Source: Bdellovibrionales bacterium (lineage in GTDB: Bacteria > Bdellovibrionota > Bdellovibrionia > Bdellovibrionales > UBA1609). From it: 64,000 nucleotides of DNA. The DNA lies in assembly GCA_965205945.1 (NCBI GenBank), contig CBDBIB010000003.1:288001-352000 (forward strand). The letters run 5' to 3'. Shown piece by piece: positions 10,817 through 20,464 of this stretch (position 1 is its first letter; the number at the start of each line of letters is the position of its first letter). Below the pieces are notes generated by a model. It searched no databases and was not told the DNA's origin. It saw nothing but the letters and a program-made list of their open reading frames with translations. A program made the translations under genes and the position numbers.

Positions 10817-11841
10817 GTCCTGATGACAAAGAAGTTTGTCTTGAATTAATTAACACCTCTTCTAAAAATGGCTGTAGACTTAAACTTGCCTGCAGCGATT
10901 TAGAAATTGATATTAAAACTTTCAACCGCTGGAAGCTTTCTTTAACTGATAAAAGAAAAGGACCCTTATCGCCTCCAAAAAATAAATTAAGTGATAAAGA
11001 AAAAGATGAGATCATTAACACCTGTACTTTAAAAAAGTATGTTGATGACTCTCCTCATGTGATAGTTTCAAAACTTGCAGATGATGGAGTTTATTTAGCA
11101 AGTGAATCAAGTTTTTATAAAGTTTTAAAAGAGAATAAACTTTTAGTTCATAGAGGAAGAACAAAACCAAAAACTAAACAAAAGCCAAAAGGAATGACTG
11201 CAACGGAAGTGAATCAAGTTTATTCTTGGGATATTACTTATTTAAAAACTTCGGTGCGGGGTCGGTTTTATTATTTATATATGTTTATGGATGTGTTTAG
11301 TAGAAAGATTGTAGGTTATAAAGTACACGTTAGAGAAAGTATGGATTTATCATCAGAGTTAATTAAAGAGATTTGTGAGAGAGAAAAAATAAAAAGAGAT
11401 GAGTTAGTATTACATTCAGATAATGGCGGCTCAATGAAGGGAGCAACGATGCTAGCAACACTTGATTGGTTGGGAGTTTCAAGTTCATTTAGTAGGCCGA
11501 GTGTAAGTAATGACAATGCCTATTCAGAAAGTTTATTTAAGACGTTAAAGTATGTGCCGGATTATCCAGAGTTTTTTAAAAGCATAGGTGATGCAAGAGA
11601 CTGGGTTGATAATTTTGTTAATTGGTACAATGAAGAGCATCGTCACAGTGGAATAAAGTTTGTGACGCCATCAGAGCGCCATTTAGGAAAAGATAAAGAG
11701 ATATTAGAAAAGCGTAAGGAAGTTTATGAAGCAGCAAGAAGGTTAAAGCCAGAGCGCTGGAGTGGCAGAGGAATTAGGAATTGGGAGCGAGAGAATGTGG
11801 TGTATTTAAATTGTTTGCCAAGTGAAAAAGTAGTTGTATGA
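10771..11841 (+). CDS. IS3-like transposase OrfB, expressed by -1 frameshift at A8G (10771-10779)
   Basis: The -1 frame is open from the slippery run through GTG 11059 to the stop; WDITY, HSDNG and NAYSESLF DDE motifs. Confidence 0.88.
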   Translation, partial: KKKPRDLGGQRGRRLSPDDKEVCLELINTSSKNGCRLKLACSDLEIDIKTFNRWKLSLTDKRKGPLSPPKNKLSDKEKDEIINTCTLKKYVDDSPHVIVSKLADDGVYLASESSFYKVLKENKLLVHRGRTKPKTKQKPKGMTATEVNQVYSWDITYLKTSVRGRFYYLYMFMDVFSRKIVGYKVHVRESMDLSSELIKEICEREKIKRDELVLHSDNGGSMKGATMLATLDWLGVSSSFSRPSVSNDNAYSESLFKTLKYVPDYPEFFKSIGDARDWVDNFVNWYNEEHRHSGIKFVTPSERHLGKDKEILEKRKEVYEAARRLKPERWSGRGIRNWERENVVYLNCLPSEKVVV

Positions 11842-12562
11842 AGAATGTGGTTTAACTGAATTAAATTTCCCTTCAGGTCCCAACTATCCAAAAATCGGGG
11901 GCCAACAAGTTCTGTGGAGGGCGATGATAAAATTTAATGATATTAAAACAGGTAATAACTTATGATTTGTGGGTAAAAGTCAGCAGTTTAGGGCGCTTAC
12001 AGATATAATCGTAAACCTGCCACAATTTGGATATCATCTCTTTTTTGATAGTGAATACGAAAGTCCCACCACTTGCTTGAACCTAGGCGAGCCTTCAGAG
12101 TCCAAATATCAAAACCAGAATGCATCCCATTAATGAATTTTTCATATTGGTAACTAGCAGAGAGTTTGAAATTTTTGAGTATTTCAATATAAAGACCTGC
12201 CTCTGGTAATAAATAAAGAGTCCCCTGATTGTTTCTATTACTTTGTATTCCCACTTTAAGTAAGCCATAGGCTTGTGAGCCTTCCCACAGAAAAAAAGAC
12301 GACCCGGATCCTCCTTCAGAAAATGCTACCAAACACTCCTCACAGGACTGACTCTGCGAACGCAAACCCAAACGCACCTTCCATGATAGGCTTTTAATCT
12401 CAGGGAGGCTAATTCTGGAGCTATTAATGGTGCTTATCCTAAATATATCCCCCGATTTTTGGATAGTTGGGACCTGAGAGAAAAATTAATTATTTAAAAT
12501 TCAGTTTAACTTTTGAAATCCACTTTATTTAAACAATATCAGGGGCTTAAAAAGGAAAACAT

Positions 12563-13063
12563 ATGAAAAACAATAACCTCAATAAAACTTATAATGAAAA
12601 CTTTAAACTCAACGCTGTGAAAAAATTACTCGCTGACAAAAAAGGACTCACTTACACCGCTAGTAAACTTAACATTGCCTCTTTAACCCTCTATGGATGG
12701 AAGAAAAAATATGCTAATTTAAATTCTATGACCCACAGCAACAGCAATAAAAAACTCTCTCTTGAAGACAAACTTAACTTTATTAAAAAAACTCAATCTT
12801 TAAATGAAAACGAACTTGGAAAATTTCTTAGAGAAAATGGACTTAACTCTTCAGACCTTATTAATTTTGAAAAAGAATTACTTGGACAAAATCCTGTTGG
12901 AAGACCTTCACTTGATCCTGAAATTAAAACTTTAAGGAAAGATAAAATAAACTTAGAAAGATCTTTAAATCGAGCTGAAAAAGCTCTAGCTGAACAGTCT
13001 GCTAGAATCATCTTGTTAAAAAAAAGCCACGAGATCTGGGGGGTCAAAGAGGACGAAGATTAA
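12563..13063 (+). CDS. IS3-like transposase OrfA
   Basis: Protein identical to 10316-10816. Confidence 0.9.
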   Translation: MKNNNLNKTYNENFKLNAVKKLLADKKGLTYTASKLNIASLTLYGWKKKYANLNSMTHSNSNKKLSLEDKLNFIKKTQSLNENELGKFLRENGLNSSDLINFEKELLGQNPVGRPSLDPEIKTLRKDKINLERSLNRAEKALAEQSARIILLKKSHEIWGVKEDED

Positions 13064-14103
13064 GTCCTGATGACAAAGAAGTTTGTCTTGAATTAATTAA
13101 CACCTCTTCTAAAAATGGCTGTAGACTTAAACTTGCCTGCAGCGATTTAGAAATTGATATTAAAACTTTCAACCGCTGGAAACTTTCTTTAACTGATAAA
13201 AGAAAAGGACCCTTATCGCCTCCAAAAAATAAATTAAGTGATAAAGAAAAAGATGAGATCATTAACACCTGTACTTTAAAAAAGTATGTTGATGACTCTC
13301 CTCATGTGATAGTTTCAAAACTTGCAGATGATGGAGTTTATTTAGCAAGTGAATCAAGTTTTTATAAAGTTTTAAAAGAGAATAAACTTTTAGTTCATAG
13401 AGGAAGAACAAAACCAAAAACTAAACAAAAGCCAAAAGGAATGACTGCAACGGAAGTGAATCAAGTTTATTCTTGGGATATTACTTATTTAAAAACTTTG
13501 GTGCGGGGTCGGTTTTATTATTTATATATGTTTATGGATGTGTTTAGTAGAAAGATTGTAGGTTATAAAGTACACGTTAGAGAAAGTATGGATTTATCAT
13601 CAGAGTTAATTAAAGAGATTTGTGAGAGAGAAAAAATAAAAAGAGATGAGCTAGTATTACATTCAGATAATGGCGGCTCAATGAAGGGAGCAACGATGCT
13701 AGCAACACTTGATTGGTTGGGAGTTTCAAGTTCATTTAGTAGGCCGAGTGTAAGTAATGACAATGCCTATTCAGAAAGTTTATTTAAGACGTTAAAGTAT
13801 GTGCCGGATTATCCAGAGTTTTTTAAAAGCATAGGTGATGCAAGAGACTGGGTTGATAATTTTGTTAATTGGTACAATGAAGAGCATCGTCACAGTGGAA
13901 TAAAGTTTGTGACGCCATCAGAGCGCCATTTAGGAAAAGATAAAGAGATATTAGAAAAGCGTAAGGAAGTTTATGAAGCAGCAAGAAGGTTAAAGCCAGA
14001 GCGCTGGAGTGGCAGAGGAATTAGGAATTGGGAGCGAGAGAATGTGGTGTATTTAAATTGTTTGCCAAGTGAAAAAGTAGTTGTTATGAAGAATGTGGTT
14101 TAA
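13018..14103 (+). CDS. IS3-like transposase OrfB (-1 frameshift at 13018-13026)
   Basis: Same A8G site and DDE motifs; C-terminus is 5 aa longer because of a 1-nt indel. Confidence 0.88.
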   Translation, partial: KKKPRDLGGQRGRRLSPDDKEVCLELINTSSKNGCRLKLACSDLEIDIKTFNRWKLSLTDKRKGPLSPPKNKLSDKEKDEIINTCTLKKYVDDSPHVIVSKLADDGVYLASESSFYKVLKENKLLVHRGRTKPKTKQKPKGMTATEVNQVYSWDITYLKTLVRGRFYYLYMFMDVFSRKIVGYKVHVRESMDLSSELIKEICEREKIKRDELVLHSDNGGSMKGATMLATLDWLGVSSSFSRPSVSNDNAYSESLFKTLKYVPDYPEFFKSIGDARDWVDNFVNWYNEEHRHSGIKFVTPSERHLGKDKEILEKRKEVYEAARRLKPERWSGRGIRNWERENVVYLNCLPSEKVVVMKNVV

Positions 14104-15625
14104 CTGAATTAAATTTCCCTTCAGGTCCCAACTATCCAAAAATTTTCCGATATCTAGACTACGAACCTTTATCTCAGACTTTCGGTGCCTCAATCGAGTT
14201 TTAAAAACTTCCAAGCTTGTATTATTGGGCCGAGCAATCGATGGGTTCAGCTCGTCATATAGAGCCGGGCGAATGATAAGCTCCTGGAAGTTTCCAAAAA
14301 AACTGCTATACCCCTGCGATAAACCTACACCAAAAGAGTTGACAGAACGATGAGGGCCTAAACTCTTTTGATAAGAGGTCTTTTGAAATCCAGACTCACC
14401 ATTAACCTTAAAACGAGCACGGATCATAGAGAGCCTTTTACTCTCTATCTTTTTACTACTTTTGCCTTTTAGCTTCTGAAATATATAATAGCTAATGAGG
14501 GTCTCTGTAATCTTAGCTTGGCTATTCGAAGAGCTTTCTTTAAAAGCAGAGCTCTTAATATGACTACCATCCTCAATAATAGACTTCACTACATCTCTTT
14601 CTCTACCTTCTAACGATAAATACATCCTTGATAGACGAGTATATCGAGATGGTATAATCCGAATTGATGAAACCATTGGTTGACCATCTATGCGCTTGCC
14701 CTTCGCTAGGTTGTCAAAAAGATCAATTGGTATCGCATAAAGTCGGTTCTTAAAAAGTAAAGGTTTTTTGAAAACATTTTCTAGGAGTTCCGTCATTCTG
14801 AACGCACAATTATCAACTAAGAAATAGTACGGATGATTTTTCCCCAAAAGCTCCCAGGTTATATCTATAATTAATTGCACTTCTCTTTTATCGAGATTTA
14901 AGCGATACTCCCATAAATCTCTCATCTCAATTTCAGAATAATTGTGATTATGATAAAAGAAATCATGGCGTGTAAACGAAGCTGTGTATCCGCCAAATAA
15001 TCCCTTTAGCACATAGAGTATAGGGTTTTCACCTCCAGGAGTCATTGCTCCATAGTTTAATGAAGCATCCATGAACTCTAACTTGTCATCTTTTCGGTTA
15101 AACTTAAGTAGAGGGTGCCCAAAGAAAGAGGCTGGATTGCCAAAGTAACCTGTAGCAAAATAGATTGATATCGATTCTATTTGACCTTGAGCATTCCATC
15201 TTTGATATTCTGAGCATTGCTTAAGTTTTTCATCTAGATTTTTAAGCTGAATATTCTCTCGTAACCACCTATATCGGGCCGGAAAACGGCAAAGAGCGTG
15301 TATATTGGGGTTTGTGTTCTCAAAGAAGCCTTCCATAGCAGCTACTGTGGCTACTAACTCTGCTAACGGATTGTGGCGACCACTAGGTGAAAGAAAAAAA
15401 TCCTTATCACTTATAGCGCTACCTTCTCGCCCTAAGCCAAATAATGAACGCTCATATCGTAACAAGTCTTTCCATTCTTTACTATTTGCCAACTTTTTCT
15501 GAACTGAAGTTATAAAGAGTGAGTGTGTTTTGGAAAACGCTATACTCAAGAAGATGAGGTATAACAAAGGAACTATCCATAGCCCCTTATATCGCAATAT
15601 ACTTGCCATTAAAAATATCTTAAAT

Positions 15626-16096
15626 TTAGATCAAGTTACATTTGCCTATTTGAGCATGTGAGACTGCTGAGTTAAAAAGGTCCTCAGCTTTTTGTGAGTG
15701 AGTTTTTGCAGAGTAGCCAGAAGTTCTCATTTCTTTACTAAGATCAGACCTAAGCTCTTTAACTATTGTGGTCTGCTCAGAGCAACCAAGCATATTTAAC
15801 ATTGCTGTTAGGTGCTTTCCTTTACCTATGGCTACTTCTTCCTCAAGATTCACATAAGTTTCATGAATAAATTTAGCTGTGGATGCTATTGGCCCCTCAC
15901 AAAGATCATCTGAAGATACATTAGAAGATGTTGCAGTCGTACCCAGATCCCAGATGATATTAGATGTAATTGCTGCCCACCCTGTTTTTTGAAAAAGCAT
16001 GCCACCTATACCACACTCTCTCCAGATATTTCGGGCAGAGGCTACTTGCGGAAGAGCCATCAAAATAGCAATTCCTAATATCGTTAAAACTTTCAT
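15626..16096 (-). CDS. DUF3015 family secreted protein
   Basis: Signal peptide, ECGIGGML, ATSSNVS, EEVAIGKGKHLTAMLNMLGC; typical neighbour of DUF4105. Confidence 0.85.
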   Translation of the reverse strand: MKVLTILGIAILMALPQVASARNIWRECGIGGMLFQKTGWAAITSNIIWDLGTTATSSNVSSDDLCEGPIASTAKFIHETYVNLEEEVAIGKGKHLTAMLNMLGCSEQTTIVKELRSDLSKEMRTSGYSAKTHSQKAEDLFNSAVSHAQIGKCNLI

Positions 16097-16243
16097 TCTT
16101 TCCCCCCTTAAAATAAGATATCGTTATGACGTATATTATCAACCTTACTATAGTTTTATGCAAGTAATAAACCCCCCACGCCTCTCAGTATTACTTATGG
16201 TCCTATTGATTACCCCTCTGGTTTCTTGTACTTCACTTTTATA

Positions 16244-16608
16244 ACCCGAGTTGGGACTTTTCCAAGGATCTAAGTATAAATAAAAGATCACCTTAAGCCT
16301 TTTGTAAGATATAGTTTTTTTTACTCTGATCTGAAAAAAAGGAGCTTTGAATGATCAAAGAGAACCAAATTATAGAGATTTTTACTCTTGTTGACGATTT
16401 TATTTTAGGACTAAATTACGAACAGCGCAAACTCACACCCAGCAAAAGGAAGAGTTTCACATTGAACACTCCAGACATCCAAGTCCTAAAAACTTTATAG
16501 TGAATCTTTTATGAGCATTGACTAGGTATTGTCTGCGTCCTTTTAAACCGACAATACGTGCCATGAAAATAGAGTGTTAAACCAGATTTAAAAAGTCCAA
16601 ACTCGGGT
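16244..16608 (+). mobile_element. IS982-family internal-deletion derivative
   Basis: IRs acccgagttgggactttt / aaaagtccaaactcgggt. Transposase N-terminus MIKENQIIEIFTLVDDF is joined to C-terminus HIEHSRHPSPKNFIVNLL. Confidence 0.88.
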
Positions 16609-17210
16609 TAACTAAACATAAATCTTATAAGTCGATCAAATTTCCTGTTATCAGCTTCTTGAAGTGAACTAATGTATTCGTCTCTTATTGTACCCTCGAC
16701 ATCTATTGTGTCTTCAGGTTTATGTATTCCCCACGAGAGCATGGGGCTATCGTGTTGCTGTAGTAAAATCTCAGTCATTAAACGTGCGTGCCGGCCATTG
16801 CCATTGGGGAAGGCGTGGATTTGGACTAGTCGGTGGTGAAAGCGCACAGCCATTTCTTTCCATGGATAAGTATCGTTTTCGATCCAATATTTTGTATCAT
16901 CGAGTAATTGCTTTAATTGGGTTGGGATATGACGCCAATCTATACCAATGCTCTTGTCTGACTGTCTTTGATGACCAGCCCACTTCCAAACATCGCTTAA
17001 CATTCGTTTGTGCAAGTTGAATACAAAATTTATTTCTAACAAATTCTTATGGTTTTTGCCGTCAGACCATTTTATAGCTTTACTGATATTATCTTTTTCA
17101 AGTGAATTAAGCTCTCCCTGAGTTGTAATATAATCTGGTATTAAACCATTTACTTCATTTGGATCAAGAGGAGTGGACCCCTTGGGGTATTTAAAATCAA
17201 TTTTAGTCAT
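16608..17210 (-). CDS. Mobile mystery protein B (Fic domain)
   Basis: GSTPLDP N-terminus; Fic motif IHAFPNGNGRHAR. Confidence 0.92.
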   Translation of the reverse strand: MTKIDFKYPKGSTPLDPNEVNGLIPDYITTQGELNSLEKDNISKAIKWSDGKNHKNLLEINFVFNLHKRMLSDVWKWAGHQRQSDKSIGIDWRHIPTQLKQLLDDTKYWIENDTYPWKEMAVRFHHRLVQIHAFPNGNGRHARLMTEILLQQHDSPMLSWGIHKPEDTIDVEGTIRDEYISSLQEADNRKFDRLIRFMFS

Positions 17211-17695
17211 TTGTTTTTTGATCCTTTATCCCAAATTCTAGAGTCCACATCATCTTTTAGTTCTTTGATCATCTTTTTAAGTTCTGACGTGCTTGTGCCT
17301 GTTCCTTGTTTCTCAAGCTGCATGGTGTGTTGGGTTTGTTTTAAAATCTTTCTAGCAAAGCCCTCTGCATAAACATTTATAATTTCATCAAGGCTTGAGT
17401 ATTTCTCCTTCGGCACGATGGCATATACGAGCTTACAGTCCATAGCATCGGCAGCCTTTTTTAGAATATCTAAGGTAACCTTACCTTCAGCTTCTCGTTT
17501 TTCAATTCTTAGTGCTGTGGCCTGGTTAATGCCCATTAGTTTCGCTAGTTGGTATGTAGACATGCCTAGTGCGCCTCTAATCGCCTTAATCCATCCAGAT
17601 GGGGGAGTTTTATCACTACGAACAGCCCTCCACCCTTTGAGCTTTTTCTCAATAACATCTCTTTGCGTTTTGGTTTTCTTCTTATTGATTTTCAT
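17207..17695 (-). CDS. Mobile mystery protein A (XRE HTH regulator)
   Basis: PPSGWIKAIRGALGMS..QLA..., EAEGKVTL, MDCKLVYAIVP, HTMQLE. ATG 17695 is preferred over TTG 17734; overlaps the Fic start (ATGA). Confidence 0.9.
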   Translation of the reverse strand: MKINKKKTKTQRDVIEKKLKGWRAVRSDKTPPSGWIKAIRGALGMSTYQLAKLMGINQATALRIEKREAEGKVTLDILKKAADAMDCKLVYAIVPKEKYSSLDEIINVYAEGFARKILKQTQHTMQLEKQGTGTSTSELKKMIKELKDDVDSRIWDKGSKNK

Positions 17696-17701
17696 AAGAT
17701 A

Positions 17702-17791
17702 TATAATGCTATAAAAGGCATTATAAGTAAACAATAAAATGCTATTTAAGACATTATAAAATAACTTTATAATGCTATTTACAGCATTATA
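17702..17791. promoter_or_regulatory. Three palindromic operators TATAATGC-N8-GCATTATA at 33-bp period
   Basis: tataatgctataaaaggcattata (17702), taaaatgctatttaagacattata (17735), tataatgctatttacagcattata (17768), directly upstream of the HTH gene. Confidence 0.8.
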
Positions 17792-17891
17792 AACGTACGC
17801 TAAGAAACATCATAGCGTGAGTTTGATTTAATATTTCGCAATAAAATCAGGTAGTTAAAGTTTTTACCATGTCTTAAATTGAGAAACATAC

Positions 17892-18700
17892 TTAATTCCT
17901 AGTTAGCCGAGGGAATCTAATCTTGAATACAGACGAAGCTCCAGTTTCCATATCCTCTCCGTGGGCTATAAGCACAGCTCCCATCCCGGCGGGTAGGGTC
18001 TTTAAAAGGTCCAGCAAAGCTCTAAACTGGTGTGCCTCTTTTTGTGATCCTTCGCCAATGGCTTCAGTTAAATCTACACAGAGTTGGTAACTCTCTAAGT
18101 GACCTTTTGATAAATTTCAGTACCAAAAGACCTTGCAAAAAAATCAGCAGAGTCAGGGTCATTTATCCCAAGTACAATCTTTGTGGCTGAGTTGTCCGTG
18201 ATTCGGCTTAAAAAGCCTTGTGCAACTTCTGCGAGATCACCAATGCTTTGGTGAGAGAAGTGTAGGGCAAGCCCTACTGAGCGAACTTTATAAATAAGGT
18301 CTGCAAACTCAGGACAAGCAAAACTAGCAAACTCATCTAAATAGGTTGGGATGAGTTTAACTTTTTTTGCTTTATTTCCTCTATGTGCGATTCCGGCCAA
18401 ATAGTTGAGTTGGTTGATAATTAGTTTTCCAAGAATTGTAACAAGCTGGGGGGACATCAAGCTTTGAAGACGGAAATATAAAACAGTACCTTCTTCAGCT
18501 AAGCTAAAATCCATGTCGGACTTATTCCGTAGGGGATAGGGTTGTATTTAAGTGACCAATTGAAAGAGATCTTATTTGGTCTCTAAGGCCTGATAGTTTA
18601 GAAAAGTCTTTTTCGGCCTGTTTTTAGGGTAATTTTCACTAGTTACAGAGGAGCTAAATGTTTCAGGGTCGGACCCCATGTCCATTATGAAAATGGAGCG
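17892..18700 (-). pseudogene. TraD/VirD4-like type IV coupling protein, C-terminal remnant with stops and frameshifts
   Basis: YLDEFASF, HFSHQSIGDL and DPDSADFFARSFGT. The tail GEGSQKEAHQFR...LKTLPAG lies in another frame. 5' boundary approximate. Confidence 0.8.
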
Positions 18701-18754
18701 GATGTCCGAAGACTATCTAACCGCCTTAAATCTCTCATTTTTGTGAGTGAAACA

Positions 18755-18930
18755 GTAAGCCCTTCATCAGCCCCACTGTTGACAGCTATTTAGTAGATCA
18801 GCCAAAGCTTCATAATCTTTAAGGGTTTGAGCAGCAGGTAATTTGTTAAACATCTCAGTCGTCACTGTAAATGGATCTTTACCGTTAACTTTTTTAAGCG
18901 CCCTAAAATAGACCCCCTATGAGCTGATAA
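18755..18930. mobile_element. IS66-family remnants (right end plus tnpC tail on minus strand, abutting a second end)
   Basis: GTAAGC terminus at 18755; minus strand reads VNGKDPFTVTTEMFNKLP..KDYEALADLL. taagcgccctaaaatagaccccctatga at 18895 matches the end at 9576. Confidence 0.7.
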
Positions 18931-19202
18931 CCTCATGGTAGAGGCTATGAGAACTGAAATTAAAGCATAGCCGGAGTTAGATCTGATTAGAAAATTTAGG
19001 GGGGAAAGATATTTTACAAGCTCTTGCCCTAATCTCTACGATCAAGTTCTGACCCTTAAAAATCATGTGAACAAATCTCAATAAGTTCATCTCCTCTATT
19101 GGTTCCCAAGTTTTTAAACATCACTGACTCCTTTTTTTATAAAATAAATCATTTTTTTTATCCTCTTTTTTTTTGTTTTTTTAAATGTGAACTTAGAGAT
19201 TT

Positions 19203-19771
19203 TTAATCTGGCCAAAGTTTCCCAAGATTAAACTCAAGATCCTTAAATGGAGGAGCTTTCACTAGATCGTCTTTTTCAAAAATAAGGTCTGCTTTATAGC
19301 TTTTTCCATCTAAAATTAAAACTTCTAACACCCTATTTAGTGGATCAACAATCCAGTAATAAGGAACCTTGTTTTCAGCATAAATTTTTAACTTAGATAT
19401 TCTATCATAACGAGCTGTTGAGGGGGACAATACTTCACAAGCCCAATCAGGAGCTACAGAAAAATATACTTTTTCTGCGAGCTTAGGAAGCCTTTCTCTT
19501 TTTCAGCCTCCTACATCAGGAACAATAACTTGATCTTTTAAATGAACTTCTGGTTCAAATAAAATCCACCACCCCCCAGGACCATTTTCTCCTAGTTGAT
19601 AAGGTGCAAAAAAATAGATCCTATTGCCGAACTTGCATTAGCATGTTCAAACCCAGGCCTTGGGCTCACAACAAGCTCTCCGCTTATAGTTTCACCAACA
19701 ACATTTTTAGAAAGAGCACATAAATCTTCATACAAATCTTTAAATGTTTTTTTCTTTAGTGCTTCACTCAT
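19203..19771 (-). pseudogene. Uma2 family endonuclease pseudogene
   Basis: GELVVSPRP...GPGGWWILFEPE...VPDVGG*KRERLP...APDWACEVLSPST...YWIVDP. Frameshift in the A7 run at 19608-19614 and TGG>TGA at 19503-19505. Confidence 0.88.
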
Positions 19772-20039
19772 ACTTTTACCTTAAATTTTATGTTATACTT
19801 TAAATTATAAATTTAATTTAAAATTAAAACAATAAATAACCCAATGAGGACTTCTCTTTGAGTTTAACTTTTTGATAAAAGTTTATCTTTAGCCTTTTTT
19901 AAGTTGAAATTTGAGTAAACTAAATAGGTACACTGTATACACTACATACTTTACTTAAACTAAGTGTTATGTGTTTTTACATACAAAAGAAGCACTACAT
20001 ATATTATTTGTATTATAAAAAGTATATATTGGAGTAGTG

Positions 20040-20159
20040 ATGAAAGTAATTTCTGTATGTAATAGAAAAGGGGGCGTTGGGAAAGCTACAACCTCAGCCC
20101 ATATTGGCGCAGGCCTTGCACATTTTGGAAACAAAGTCTTGTTAATAGACCTATTATGA
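20040..20159 (+). pseudogene. ParA/Soj ATPase N-terminal fragment
   Basis: MKVISVCNRKGGVGKATTSAHIGAGLAHFGNKVLLIDL*; truncated where IS66-derived DNA begins. Confidence 0.85.
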
Positions 20160-20230
20160 ATCCTTGTGTAAAAAGTTTATAAGGGGCCTTCCTAAACAAA
20201 AGGCGTGTAATGTTAGAAAAGAACTTAGCT
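20155..20230 (+). mobile_element. IS66-derived fragment homologous to 9600-9676
   Basis: tatgaatccttgtgtaaaaagtttataag...aggcgtgtaatgttagaaaagaacttagct aligns with the earlier remnant. Confidence 0.75.
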
Positions 20231-20231
20231 A

Positions 20232-20358
20232 ACCCGAGTTAGAATTTTTCTAAGGACCTAAGTTTTGAATAAAAGATCACCTTAAGCCTTTTGTAAGATG
20301 TGGTTGTTTTTTAAATCTGATCTATAAAAAAGAGCTTGGAAAAATCCTAACTCGGATT
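20232..20358 (+). mobile_element. IS982-derived MITE (about 127 bp)
   Basis: acccgagttagaatttttc ... gaaaaatcctaactcggatt; internal aaagatcaccttaagccttttgtaagat is shared with the copies at 16244 and 21354. Confidence 0.85.
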
Positions 20359-20464
20359 TACTAAAGTCTAAATTCAGATTAAATATTAAAAAACTATTTT
20401 TTTAATTCATAGGGTTAGATAGAGTATTAGAGTTTATACGATATAAAATAAATGAGGTATTCAT

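Larger units (their letters stand above)
10202..11901 (+). mobile_element. IS3-like insertion sequence, copy 1 (about 1.7 kb)
   Basis: Terminal inverted repeats with core tttttggatagttgggacctga; orfA plus orfB with DDE integrase core; near-identical copy at 12449-14149. No clear TSD. Confidence 0.92.
12449..14149 (+). mobile_element. IS3-like insertion sequence, copy 2, with ATAT(C) target duplication
   Basis: atatc at 12445-12449 and 14150-14154. Differs internally from copy 1 by about 3 substitutions and 1 indel, by eye. Confidence 0.93.
11997..15609 (-). pseudogene. DUF4105/Lnb-like outer-membrane protein interrupted by IS3-like copy 2 (fragments 15609-14150 and 12448-11997)
   Basis: SFFGHPLL and YYFLVDNCA motifs. 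Removing the IS and one target copy restores one frame (...KVRSLD-IFRISTINS...WKVRLGL...GLRLYL), 635 aa. Confidence 0.88.

Noticed and set aside
14053..14149. C-terminal tail of the 518-aa ORF as a genuine domain
   Set aside because: It is read-through into the IS right end.
17702..17791. CRISPR-like mini-array
   Set aside because: Spacers are only 9 bp, the repeats are degenerate palindromes, and there are no cas genes. Better explained as operators.
19503..19505. TGA at a conserved Trp position suggesting an alternative genetic code
   Set aside because: The same gene also has a frameshift, TGA ends intact genes (4811, 21277), and Trp is TGG in core genes.
19928..20030. cactacata-like repeats upstream of the parA fragment as iterons or a centromere
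   Set aside because: Only 2-3 short, irregularly spaced matches in AT-rich DNA.
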